22,193 nucleotides of DNA from Paraphysomonas bandaiensis (taxonomy: Eukaryota > Protista > Chrysophyceae). A model generated the notes under the pieces. That model ran no database searches. It was not told where the DNA came from and saw nothing but the letters and a program-made list of their open reading frames with translations. The position numbers and the translations under genes are program-made. Below are positions 10,472 to 21,351 of this stretch, one piece after another (the stretch's first letter is position 1; each line of letters opens with the position of its first letter). The stretch spans positions 1 through 22,193 of the forward strand of contig CBFFRP010000390.1 in the NCBI GenBank assembly GCA_965644295.1. Direction: 5' to 3'.

Positions 10472-11016
10472 GTGTCTAATGAGCGTGAAGTTAACGCCGT
10501 GGACTTGTCGTTAGACCAGCTGGACAGTTTGAAGCAACAACATGAAGATGAACTCCAGGAACTCCATAATTAGCTCGAGCAGCTTCATGGAGCTAAAAAG
10601 CGCTATATAACGCTAAAAATGTTCTCCAAGATATGTCGACTTCCAATGACGGGGCACATATGCTTGTCCCGTTGACGTCATCCTTGTACGTTCCTGGATT
10701 TGTACGCAATTAGGAACACTAGATACTTTTGCGAAAAAGTGCTCCGAAATGCAAAGAATTACTGTCAAGAAAGGTGACGATTAGGTATATTTTTCTCGGG
10801 TATTCTCACTGAATACGTGTACATTTAGATGACACTTGTGGACAAATCGATTGAAAGTGTAAAAAAGATATGCCGATTATGAGGATTTGTATTATAGTAA
10901 TGTTCATTCATTCCATTTAGGTTGCCATCAATAAAATGAAAACACTAGACCAAACAGTAATGATGATTAAATACGAAGTTGCCATGGCTCGGGAGCAACA
11001 GGGGGCGAAGAACTAG
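10472..11016 (+). pseudogene. PFDN5: Prefoldin subunit 5 (alpha-type) unprocessed pseudogene
   Basis: Translates as DLSLDQLDSLKQQHEDELQELHN*LEQL...MLVPLTSSLYVPG...RYFCEK. Lesions: GTG where ATG is expected (10472), in-frame TAG (10571), a frameshift near 10610, a deletion in the VLVDIGTGY region, and the second intron donor reading AT (10868). Introns 10774-10828 and 10868-10920 are retained. Confidence 0.85.
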
Positions 11017-11220
11017 TATGTTTGTCCGTGTGTTTAGTGGTTGGAGCGGGTGCCAGTTAAATATTAGTGGTAAAAGTAATTTGCTGTTCATGAGACTGCT
11101 TGATACTCGCGATCGTTATTGCACTCTTTCAGCATAAGATTTTTTTCTGAGTATTGTATCTAAGTGACCATACGCTCGTATTAATTTCAACATGGGTGTC
11201 AGATTAAAATGTAAACATAT

Positions 11221-13045
11221 TTATTCTAGATTGAGTATCGCAGATTGTAACACCCGGCGCTCTCCGGTTAAACAATGGTAAAAAGTAGAAAGCAATATTT
11301 TAAAACCGCGAAAGACATGTACTAATCTTTCGCAAAGATATTGGTTAGCTAAAAGTTTTGAATACAGACAGAGTTGTAAATGTGAATGGGCATATACTTC
11401 CAATCCTCTGCTGTATGAGAGCAATATAAGGTAGTTAAATTGCAGTTCTGTACAGTTGTACTCCTATTAATCGTCCTGTGAGAATGAATGACAATAAGTA
11501 TATAGTAGTAAAACGGAATATATTGACGATGCAAGTTGTAGAGACGAAGTATGATCGTACGCGAAATGAGTGGTAGTAGAGAGTAGAGACAACATGAAAT
11601 TGGTGAATGATAAGAGATATTGATTATAATTTATAATTCTCAGCATTGAGTATAAGTTTATCTTCTGTTGTTAAATTAACACTTCTCATAAAATGTCAAA
11701 CTTTGATATTCAAACTATATGCTGAGCTAATGTATACCATCAATATAGCAGCTTTAATAGTTTTGGAGTACGTCGTGTTTACTGATGTAGCTCACTTTTA
11801 ATGGATTAGAAGCGCTTCATGTTTTTGTAGAATACAATTTAGTATATTTTACCTTTCTTGCATCCTGTTTAATAAGATATAAATAGATGTAATGCAATTG
11901 GGAGTGGTATAAGCAATGTCGCGTCAGTGGTGCTGTAATAGATTAAGCACTGACTACGTGAGTTATAGCTCCATATCAATTGTATTAAATGGGGCTGCTA
12001 TATGCAGAAACTACACATATCTCCTGGGTTGTTCCACATAACTGTTGCCATTTATTAAGCATATAACACCCTCCATATTATTTGAGTTTTACGTCTCCCA
12101 TTCTGAAACCAAAATAACGAGCATCAGTACGTCGATAAGCATCACAAGTTTTGATTCAACGGCTTCCGATATCCTTTATTCAAGGCTAAATAATAGTGTC
12201 CTCAGTAACAAAACCTCTACTAGCAACAGCTTACATTATTAGTTTGCCAGTCCGAACGCAACGCTTAACTACCGTCACGCCCTGTTCACTGGAAGTGAAT
12301 GTCCATTTCTCACAAAGACGATTGGAGATACTCCTATGCATGGTTAATAAAATTCAAACATCAATCAATACGATTAGAGAGTTAGCAACATTAAGTCTAA
12401 AGTTGCCCCGTGGAACACCCATTAATCGTTGAGATAGGATATTCTTCAATCCTCTCTCAGGTACAGCAAGGTCACATTCCCGGTAAGTTTCCTGGTAAAA
12501 TTGACAGGATCATAACCTTTTTTCTACAGCACAAAACTTCTATCCCAAAATTCATTGAACAAATTTTCTGTTTGAACTGTGATATTCAAGACACTGTCAT
12601 ATGAACTGGTGTACCTTTCGGTGATTCATAATCGCGATAAAATTCTCTCTCAACGTTCCTGCGTGAGAAACGTATTAAAACGGGCTATTTCCCTACATTC
12701 TATCCCACGATGGTTGTTTCATCTGCTTTCATTCCCTATGTATCCTGGTGCACCACCGTCTACATATCTTTAACATCTTCAATAGTTAATGGATAGTGAA
12801 AAGGCATAGAAACACTCATCAGTGACCGCACTCGGGCCGTATCCGGTATCCTCAGTATTTTCCGAACACAATAGAAATATTTTAGAGAAAAGCGTGTGTT
12901 TTAGGTACTATACAGTAGGATTCCTACACAGAAAAATGACACTGGACATCATGATCACCGTTTTTGTTTACTTCAACTTCGATCATCTCCATAAATATCA
13001 GGAAGTTCACCGGACACGAGGGACATCCATGACAAACCCATAGAA
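11221..13045 (-). pseudogene. Probable degenerate gamma-tubulin complex component (GCP2/Spc97-98 family) fragment
   Basis: Collinear motifs in broken frames: W..GELPDIYG / MIEVE (about 13010-12970); YCIVPK..AFL...FGKY...ECGH (12910-12822; compare GCP2 TGKYLNVVRECGH); RYFGFRMGD (12119-12093; compare RYFLMDQGD); PLISRTII..Y (about 11570); and a C-terminal H...CL..LL segment. Many stops and frameshifts. Confidence 0.45.
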
Positions 13046-13127
13046 GTATATACACAACAAACAGCCGTAGAGGCATGACGTAAATGTCATTCACCGTATC
13101 AAATTATTCACTCTACCGCAATCTTGA

Positions 13128-14383
13128 ATGGAAGCTATGGACAATGCGCATATTCCTGAGACTAAAATGGAGCATTCAACTTGCAATCTTATCGTAAATT
13201 ATTTACCACACGATATAGATGATTATCAGTTGAAGGTGTCCAAACTATACGTATACACATACATATACATCGTAACAATTATATAGGAATTATTTTCTGA
13301 GGACGGCGAAATTATCAGGGCTAAAGTTGTGTGTGAGCGGAGCACAGGCAAGAGCTCATGCTTTGGTTTCGTTCTTTTCAAGAACAGACACGACGCACAG
13401 AGGGCTGTAGAGAATAAAAATGGAATGAGTGTTGGCATGAAGAGACTAAAAGTGGGATTTGCGAGGCCACCGAAATCACCTGAGTCTCGTAACTGTAAAT
13501 TATACGTGACAGACCTCCCGGCGCATTATAACGAATCCGATGTGCGCGTTTTATTTTCGCAGGTAAATTTATAATATATTGTACTGTTTCATCTCAAAAA
13601 TGTTTATCAGTATGGTACTATAGTTGAATGTAGACTACTGCTTGATTTCGCCGGCCAAAGCAAATGTAAGGCGTTTGTTGAATATAACTCTCGAGATGAG
13701 TGTGATGAAGGTAACCTCCCTGAACCATGACTTGTGTTAGTTATATTCTTCTATTAGCTATTATTTATACAAATGGCTTTGTTCCTGATGCTACAACGAC
13801 GTCAATTTCTGTGACTTATGCAGACCCAAATTATTTTCACATAAAGAATTTGGTCCGTTTTCAAAGTGAAAAAAATCGGGGAACGTGTGATTTAGGTAAT
13901 GTAACCAGGGAAATGGTGCATCAACACACCACTGCGGCACCAATACCACAGCCAATGACTGCTACGCATGCGCTACCGTCTGTTGCGATGCACACTAATG
14001 TAGCACAGCCGTCTATACCTTCCGTGACTCACGTCCCTGGTATGCAGCCCATTGGTGCTCCAACTGTAATGACTTCGTATGTTGCGAGATATGTTGTGCG
14101 TATACATGGCTTGCCAACATACGCGACCGTGGGGCACCTATTCTCGATGATAAACACTTATGGAATCGTTTTGTCAGCTCGAATTGAAGCTGGGGTGTCG
14201 GATATCGGATGTATATGCACCGGAACTGCGCAAGTAGAATTGGCTGCAACGTCAGCCATGGTTGAAGCGGCTCTCCGCACCCTCAATGAATCTGTATGCT
14301 TTGAGGGTAGTTCGACTCTACATGTAAGCTCCATATATAGCTTCACTTTTTATCTTACCGCTATGCAGGCCTTTCTGGTGTAA
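13128..14383 (+). CDS. ELAV/Hu/Sex-lethal-like RNA-binding protein with three RRMs, about 354 aa
   Basis: Exons 13128-13235, 13287-13562, 13611-13710, 13758-14323 and 14369-14383 (GT-AG introns of 45-51 nt) are in frame. ELAV-type signatures: NLIVNYLP, TGKSSCFGFV, KRLKVGFARP, KLYVTDLP, ISVTYA; then a Pro/Thr-rich hinge and a third RRM. Confidence 0.9.
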
Positions 14384-15027
14384 CTTTGTGTTTCGATAGT
14401 CATTTTAATTGTTTTTGACGGCCTTGTTTAGTCATTGATTTTCTATTTCTTTTGTACTGTTTCATGTGAGATCTGTGAGACATCATCCTTCTTGAGAAGA
14501 TTCAACTTACTGTAGGTCATACAGTAGTCATATAGAAGTTTCACATTCAATAGGGTAATTTTTCGGTAAAGAGAAGTGTGGTGCTATAGATAGTAATGGT
14601 AGTTGCGCCAGAGTCCTGTTATAATGGCTATATAATTGTTTTACTTTCAAGACAACTAATTTCGCACTACATTTCGATGTGATGTACATTCATTGCCTTA
14701 GACATACCTTTTAATAAAATGTAATATGTGGATCAACGAAAATTATATATGAATTTAGTTTATCTACGAAACTTCTGTACGAATATTGAGCTAAATAAAA
14801 TTTCGTTTTTTTTGTTATATCCCTACTAATACCTCTTGTGTACAATAACTCTGGCCTAAGTAGAACTTAACCAAATTTTCCTGCTGAATGAGCGGCTATG
14901 AAACATACAATTGAAGATAATTTGTACTTTGCACTGAAGAAATCCAATACAAAATAGATTAAATAGAAGGGATGTATTTGTTCGTGAGACCCTTAGCTGG
15001 TTATTACATTCGCCATCGTCTTGTTGT

Positions 15028-15306
15028 AGTGGTCGCACCTTGGTGCTTGCGGCGACGCACAAGCAGCTTCTGTAACGCTAAATAGTAGGATAACAGAATT
15101 TGTGCTGATTAGTTATGGGTAGAGGTCTAACTAGTATGTCTAGCATTCAACTAGCCACTATATTGGCACAGGTTTTTAACGCCTATTGCTAAATAAAAAG
15201 ACTTTCAATATGGGTAGCGGTCTAACTAGTATGTCTAGCATTCAACTAGCCCCTATATTGGTGCAGGCTTGTAATGCATATTGCTAAATAATAAGACTTA
15301 CAATAT
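15028..15306. mobile_element. Dispersed short element, copy 2 (279 bp), with 13-bp target-site duplication and internal 95-bp tandem duplication
   Basis: ATCGTCTTGTTGT occurs at 15015-15027 and 15307-15319. 15116-15210 is repeated imperfectly at 15211-15306. Homologous to 5619-5797. Confidence 0.8.
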
Positions 15307-15319
15307 ATCGTCTTGTTGT

Positions 15320-17640
15320 GTGTATAAGATAAAGGTTTTCGTAATAACATGATAACTTTAGTTATAGGCCATTCTGAAAACTCAATTAAGCCAGGAGGTA
15401 TACATGCAATAACTTGAATATGACCGCTCTCTACGTTGGGGGCAGAAACACAAATGTAAAGTTCATAGTTACAACTTGAAAATAGTGAAGCACATGCCAA
15501 CATAACCCTAATCGAACCAATTCACACTTGTTACCACAGTTCATCCAGCTACGAGTCGCCACCACAACGACACTGTGGGTTTGAGCAGTCATCAAAATCC
15601 ATTCCATAATAATCATAACATACCAATATACTCACTACATTGCATGCAAATGGCAAACTGTAGCCAAGCACATGGAAAATATGACCAAGTGGACACTAAT
15701 CGAACCAATTCACACTTGTTACCACAGTTCATCCAGCTACGAGTCGCCACCACAACGACACTGTGGGTTTGAGCAGTCATCAAAATCCATTCCATAATAA
15801 TCATAACATACCAATATACTCACTACATTGCATGCAAATGGCAAACTGTAGCCAAGCACATGGAAAATATGACCAAGTGGACACTAATCGAACCAATTCA
15901 CACTTGTTACCACAGTTCATCCAGCTACGAGTCGCCACCACAACGACACTGTGGGGTTGAGCAGTCATCAAAATCCATTCCATAATAATCGTAACATACC
16001 AATATACTCACTACATTGCATGCAAATGGCAAACTGTAGCCAAGCACATGGAAAATATGACCAAGTGGACACTAATCGAACCCATTCACACTTGTTACCA
16101 CAGTTCATCCAGCTACGAGTCGCCACCACAACGACACTGTGGGGTTGAGCAGTCATCAAAATCCATTCCATAATAATCATAACATACCAATATACTCACT
16201 ACATTGCATGCAAATGGCAAACTGTAGCCAAGCACATGGAAAATATGACCAAGTGGACACTAATCGAACCCATTCACACTTGTTACCACAGTTCATCCAG
16301 CTACGAGTCGCCACCACAACGACACTGTGGGGTTGAGCAGTCATCAAAATCCATTCCATAATAATCATAACATACCAATATACTCACTACATTGCATGCA
16401 AATGGCAAACTGTAGCCAAGCACATGGAAAATATGACCAAGTGGACACTAATCGAACCAATTCACACTTGTTACCACAGTTCATCCAGCTACGAGTCGCC
16501 ACCACAACGACACTGTGGGGTTGAGCAGTCATCAAAATCCATTCCATAATAATCATAACATACCAATATACTCACTACATTGCATGCAAATGGCAAACTG
16601 TAGCCAAGCACATGGAAAATATGACCAAGTGGACACTAATCGAACCAATTCACACTTGTTACCACAGTTCATCCAGCTACGAGTCGCCACCGCAACGACA
16701 CTGTGGGGTTGAGCAGAGTCATCAAAATCCATTCCATAATAATCATTGCCACCAATCTTGTTGTGAAACGTATTCTACGCTGATATAATTTCTAACTGAT
16801 GACCTAAGATATCAGAGTTTCGTTGCACGAAGATGCCGCGGAACCACACAATGTCCGTGCCTTTAGAATTCATCCTGCTCATTTTTGGGGGTCTATTCAG
16901 CTTTGTCAGTTGCCTGTGATCTGCATACGATGTGTTGTCGCACAACGTAGAATACTTTAACGAAGGCAGTATTTATCTAATAAGAAGTCTGTTAACAGAA
17001 GTCTACAATAACTAAAGTACACATAATGAAATTTTCATCTCAAGTTCTTTGTTTATCTTCTTCAAACTGTTGTCATTTTCTTTATAACTTTGTTATCTTC
17101 CTTATCGTCTTGTTTAACATCATAAAGGCAACCTTTTATTCATTTCTTCTGCATCTTATTTTCTTATAATAATCTATTTTCGGCTTCAATAAGCTTACTA
17201 CTTGTTGAGTTGGTAGGTCTTGCCGGGACATAGCTCTAATCATTGTTGAGTTCACCCATAGTTGTGTCATCTCAAAAAACCTGACCACTCCACTGCCATT
17301 CTCCAATCGTTGATGAAGTACACAATAAATTTTGTAATGACCCCTCAACATCTCTCACTTTTCCTGGCTCTGTCCGTTTTAATGTCCTTCCGGATGTACA
17401 TAAACTTCAATTGTCTCAGACAGACACACGACCTGCCTGCGACAGATTATTCACGTATTTCAATGTGTATTCCAATGTATTTGAGTTACGACTTTTCAAG
17501 TTGTATGGTGTTTTTTTGAAAGTGTAGAATTCTGTCATAGCGTGTTTTGCCAACAGAACAAACTTCATTTCCATGCATTCACAGGAACTTGTGTGGAAAT
17601 GTATTGACAGAGACCAGCCATAACTAAACTTGCTGTGGTG
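15320..17640 (-). pseudogene. Second, decayed DUF7869/Sola-like transposase relic interrupted by the 188-bp array
   Basis: Ordered fragments: VGKTRYDRI; HYKIY...FFEMTQLW...IR; SYADHRQLTKLNRPP...IVWFRGIF; HNKIGGN; then, across the array, WMNCGNKCELVRLGLCWHVLHYFQVVTMNF, resembling the family pattern DNC..NKN..V..L.W.V...F..V...F. Confidence 0.45.
15508..16746. repeat. 188-bp tandem repeat array: six full units plus a partial seventh
   Basis: Units start at 15508, 15696, 15884, 16072, 16260, 16448 and 16636 (CTAATCGAACC...). Only a handful of variant positions distinguish them. Confidence 0.98.
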
Positions 17641-18203
17641 GACATGGTGACGTTTTCAGATTTTTGATTGGTGCTGTATTACTTGCAGGGCGAGAAAAAT
17701 CGAAGGAGCGCCCAAGCATCCAAAGAGCATTCACTCTTGCTCGCACCGACTGCTGGGTAACCCCTGATAGACTCTCACAGGGTCAAAGGTAAGTCAATTT
17801 TACTATGGTTAACATTACAGTCTCGTTTAACGCACCTTTTATGCAGCAATAGGGTCCTGCGATCTCGGTAAGAAGCACATGCTGCAGCACCTCCCCAACA
17901 TCTCAATTGGGTAGCGAACACCCCTACGTGAGATGCCAAACCCACTATGGTCCGCAAGAACTGCATTTATTACAAGTTGGTAGGCGCTTGCTTGTTATTT
18001 GAGCTGGAGGGGTTTTTACCCGCTCCCGTTCCTGTGAGGCGCCAGGTGAGTCAGGTCCTGAGCATCCTCCCACTCCTAGTGCATTACTAGTGGTAGTTTG
18101 TCCACGATGCCATCCTTCGTACCACTCAGGGGCATTCGTGAAGGCAGTCAAATGCTTCGGGGTTGAAGACCTCCCTGCACTGCATTGTGAGGGATGTATA
18201 CTG

Positions 18204-18752
18204 TATACCCTGCAACAGCGGAAGAAAGCGCTCTTTGATCTTTGCATTGAGGCTTCTACTTAGGATCGTGCCTCAAAGGATTATGGCGTTCCTGGCCGGA
18301 CTAGTTTTTGCGACAAGAAGGCAGTCGTGGAAAGGTTCCACCTTGCTGAGCGCAAGGTCGTCAAGGAATTTGCTCTTGATGACAGTTATCGAAAGCGGCG
18401 GCGTTCCATGGTAACAACGAAGTGTTCCAACAGATATTCCACTAGGGAGCTTTGGACCCCACTTTTGTTTGAAGAACGGCTACATTGGGCAGTTGAAAGC
18501 ATTCCGTGCTGTTCTTCCAAATTCAGCTGTCATTGTGGGTCGATGCGTTCGGAGATACACGAAGCCATGGCTTGTCGTGATGTTGGAGGAACCTATGCAG
18601 GAAGCTCTCAGGTATCCAGCTTGTGCTGCTACTGCTGTGGCAGATACCGGAGTCATTCAGAAGACGGCGAGAAGCATCCGAGCCTGATGTCAGTGTGTGG
18701 TTTTTTATTTGCGTCAGTGCCATTCACCACAGACGTGGACATAGTAGCTTAA
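18204..18752 (+). pseudogene. pogo/CENP-B/psq-type helix-turn-helix transposase N-terminal relic
   Basis: YTLQQRKKALFDLCIEAST*DRASKDYGVPGRT (in-frame TAG at 18261) matches the HTH_psq pattern YT.E....A......S...A...YGVP.ST. It is in frame with ORF 18327-18752. No DDE domain follows. Confidence 0.4.
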
Positions 18753-21351
18753 TGTCCTTTTCTTGGTATTAATTTATTTATGTTGTTAACTGATGTTGAT
18801 TGCTCTATTATACATATTTCTATATATGAAAGTTTATCAAATTTGTACTGCAATACTAGCATATTGGTATCGGCTACATCAAGTCCAAGGACTACTTCTA
18901 TATCTCTAATGCGTTCTGCACTAATATCTGATATTGAAGATCTATCCACTTGAGTCATTCCCTAACCATAGCCATAGCTGAACGTAGCTTAGCTGGGGTG
19001 TGAACCTCTATCGTAGATTCTCCTTCCATAGTAACAATAAATCAATGACAATGACTAAATACAACTACAATACTATCTGCAAGCAACTTCTGGAGTGAAG
19101 AAATTGCCTTTTATTATTAATAATCAGTATATATCTAACTACGATTCCATGGCTAATGGAATGACCATCGTTCGCAATCAATACCAAACACATCAGTCTA
19201 ATGCAGTTGACTATAATAACTCATCATCAATGTATAAGGGAAGATACATTCCGTATTCTCATAGTAGTTGAAGCCTTGTATATGTACTACCAAGTACAGT
19301 TCATTAAACAATATGTGAAATACAACTGTGTTACTAGATAACCTGGCAATACACGTCTATCAGCGTGGATATCAAACCCGGAAGTCTCCTGTAAAATTCT
19401 CCAGCATTGAGTATCAATACATATATATATATATCATCAATCATTAATTTCATCATTAAACTTCATTACGGGTCTTTCTTTGTCTTTTGAGTAGAGGTAT
19501 ATATAAGTATCAATGATAAGCATGAGTTGTTGTCATAGTCATAATATATCATAGAGCTTAATATTAAATACAATAATATTAATACTAATCGACCTATATT
19601 GCACATAAAGTATGTACAAACTTAGGCATGTGCAATAGAGATCTCATCGTATAAAGTTACCGGATATAGCTGGTTATTACAGAGACTCACACTCAGTATT
19701 GTTATATAGAGAATGATCAATTATTACGAAACACTTAGCAGTTAATTACAATAATTTACATTATGATCAATAATGTTCAAGAATTTGTTATCATCAAGAA
19801 TTATATTTATTGTGTTTTCCAACAACTATATACTTTCAGGTATAGCATGTGCGCGTTCACCAAAATCCCAGAATGGGTATTTCCATAGTACGAGATTTTA
19901 TGTCAGCATACCATATAGCTAGCATTATAAAATAGGTTGTGTTTCTAGTGATACACTAAATTCACCAACAAATACACAACACGAGAGTAAGAAGTTGCGG
20001 TGCTACTGATATGGCAGTTAACTGAACATTACATCTATCTCGATCTTAAACTCTGGCCACATAGCTTTTTTTACTCAACGATTCATTTATGCACTCTACC
20101 GGCTTGACCTTCTGCTGAATAAAATAGTCAGTTTGAATAACTACTCTATCCCAATGCCGCGTTTGTGTAATGGCCCATCACTTGCTCTGCTGTATGTAGA
20201 TGCAATTATTATCGATTGCACAATTCTAACTTCCATATTATATAGTCTCTGTAGTGTGTACAGAGCAGCCATCCCCATTCGTGGCAGGAGTTGAATACTT
20301 ATCCCGCATGTAAACGTGAGTAGTTACAGATAATACATCGAAACAGAAGGTCATTGTGTGTAAGCGATCGTACACAATGCTACACAACGAATTAAAACAA
20401 TCTAAGCACACCAGTGTGTCAAGCACAGTTGAATTATAGTCTAATGGTAATAATTTCAGGTGTGATGTATGAAGCACTTATGACTGGTCATGTAGGAAGC
20501 AATGCACTATATATGGGGTGTATGCGGTGCACTCGTCAGTGAAATCCCGCCATACTCTAACATACACGAAAAAACGTTTTGCAAATAATCCCAGGAAGCG
20601 TCCTCTCTTTGCTCATAAATAACTTTACACCCACATCATTATCAATGTCGATGATCCATTTTAGCTAGTATGAATAGCAGCCGAGAGCAAGCCTACTCAA
20701 TGTGTGTTCTCTGCTCTCTCTGGTTGTGTGTGAGAAATTTGAGGGGTTTCGATTACATACTTCATACTGTGTACAAAAAGCAGTGAATGGAGCTGTGAGA
20801 TAACCATATGTCATATGTCATGAGTGTGCTGGTCGTTTAAGGCCACAATGAAGTAAGAGTGCTATACGGTACAGGGCTGTGTTCACATTTACAAGAGAAT
20901 ATAGGCCTGTGTTGAGTATATTGTTGTTATACACTTATGAGGGTGTGTACAGCAGTACAGTGAATAGCTTTGTCATGACAGTGAGAGTGATCTGTTTATT
21001 GTGTAGCTAATATTATTGTTTGATGTGGTGTGAGAATAGATGAGATGATATATATATAATATATTTTATATCAATTGATAAAATATGATGTGGAGGTGCT
21101 AATTGCGCCTCTTGTGCAGCATAGAGCTGTTGCAGATTCCTCAGCGCATATTATAGATATAATATCTTCTCCCATTCATGAATGCGGCCATTATAGGGAC
21201 ACAATGAAGTAAAAGTGCAATACGATACAGGTAAGTGTAATCTGCGTAATGGCGCACATGCTACTTACCTGCACACACCCCGACCTCACACAAATACACG
21301 AATACTGTAATTTCATCTTATCAGTTGAGAATAGTAAACCTTAGCAAAATA

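Noticed and set aside
10571-10573. TAG=Gln or other stop-codon reassignment
   Set aside because: The same gene has frameshifts, a deletion and a broken donor and ends in TAG. The long ORFs in the window have no internal stops.
12975-13030. Dynein heavy chain fragment (SGELPDIYGDD)
   Set aside because: The downstream motifs fit the GCP family better, and no AAA motifs are seen.
15028-15070. Helitron 3' hairpin or hammerhead ribozyme in the short element
   Set aside because: There is no CTRR end, Helitrons do not make TSDs, and no conserved CTGANGA...GAAA core is present in both copies.
15575-16712. Repeated 60-70 aa ORFs as a small-protein gene cluster
   Set aside because: They are by-products of the tandem unit, appear on both strands, and have no independent gene signals.
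15508-16746. CRISPR-like repeat-spacer array
   Set aside because: The intervening B segments are essentially identical rather than unique spacers, no cas-like genes are present, and the context is eukaryotic.
20910-21323. 5' LTR of the right-hand copia element (TGTTGAG...TATCA)
   Set aside because: No recognisable PBS follows and there is no second copy in the window to fix the boundaries.
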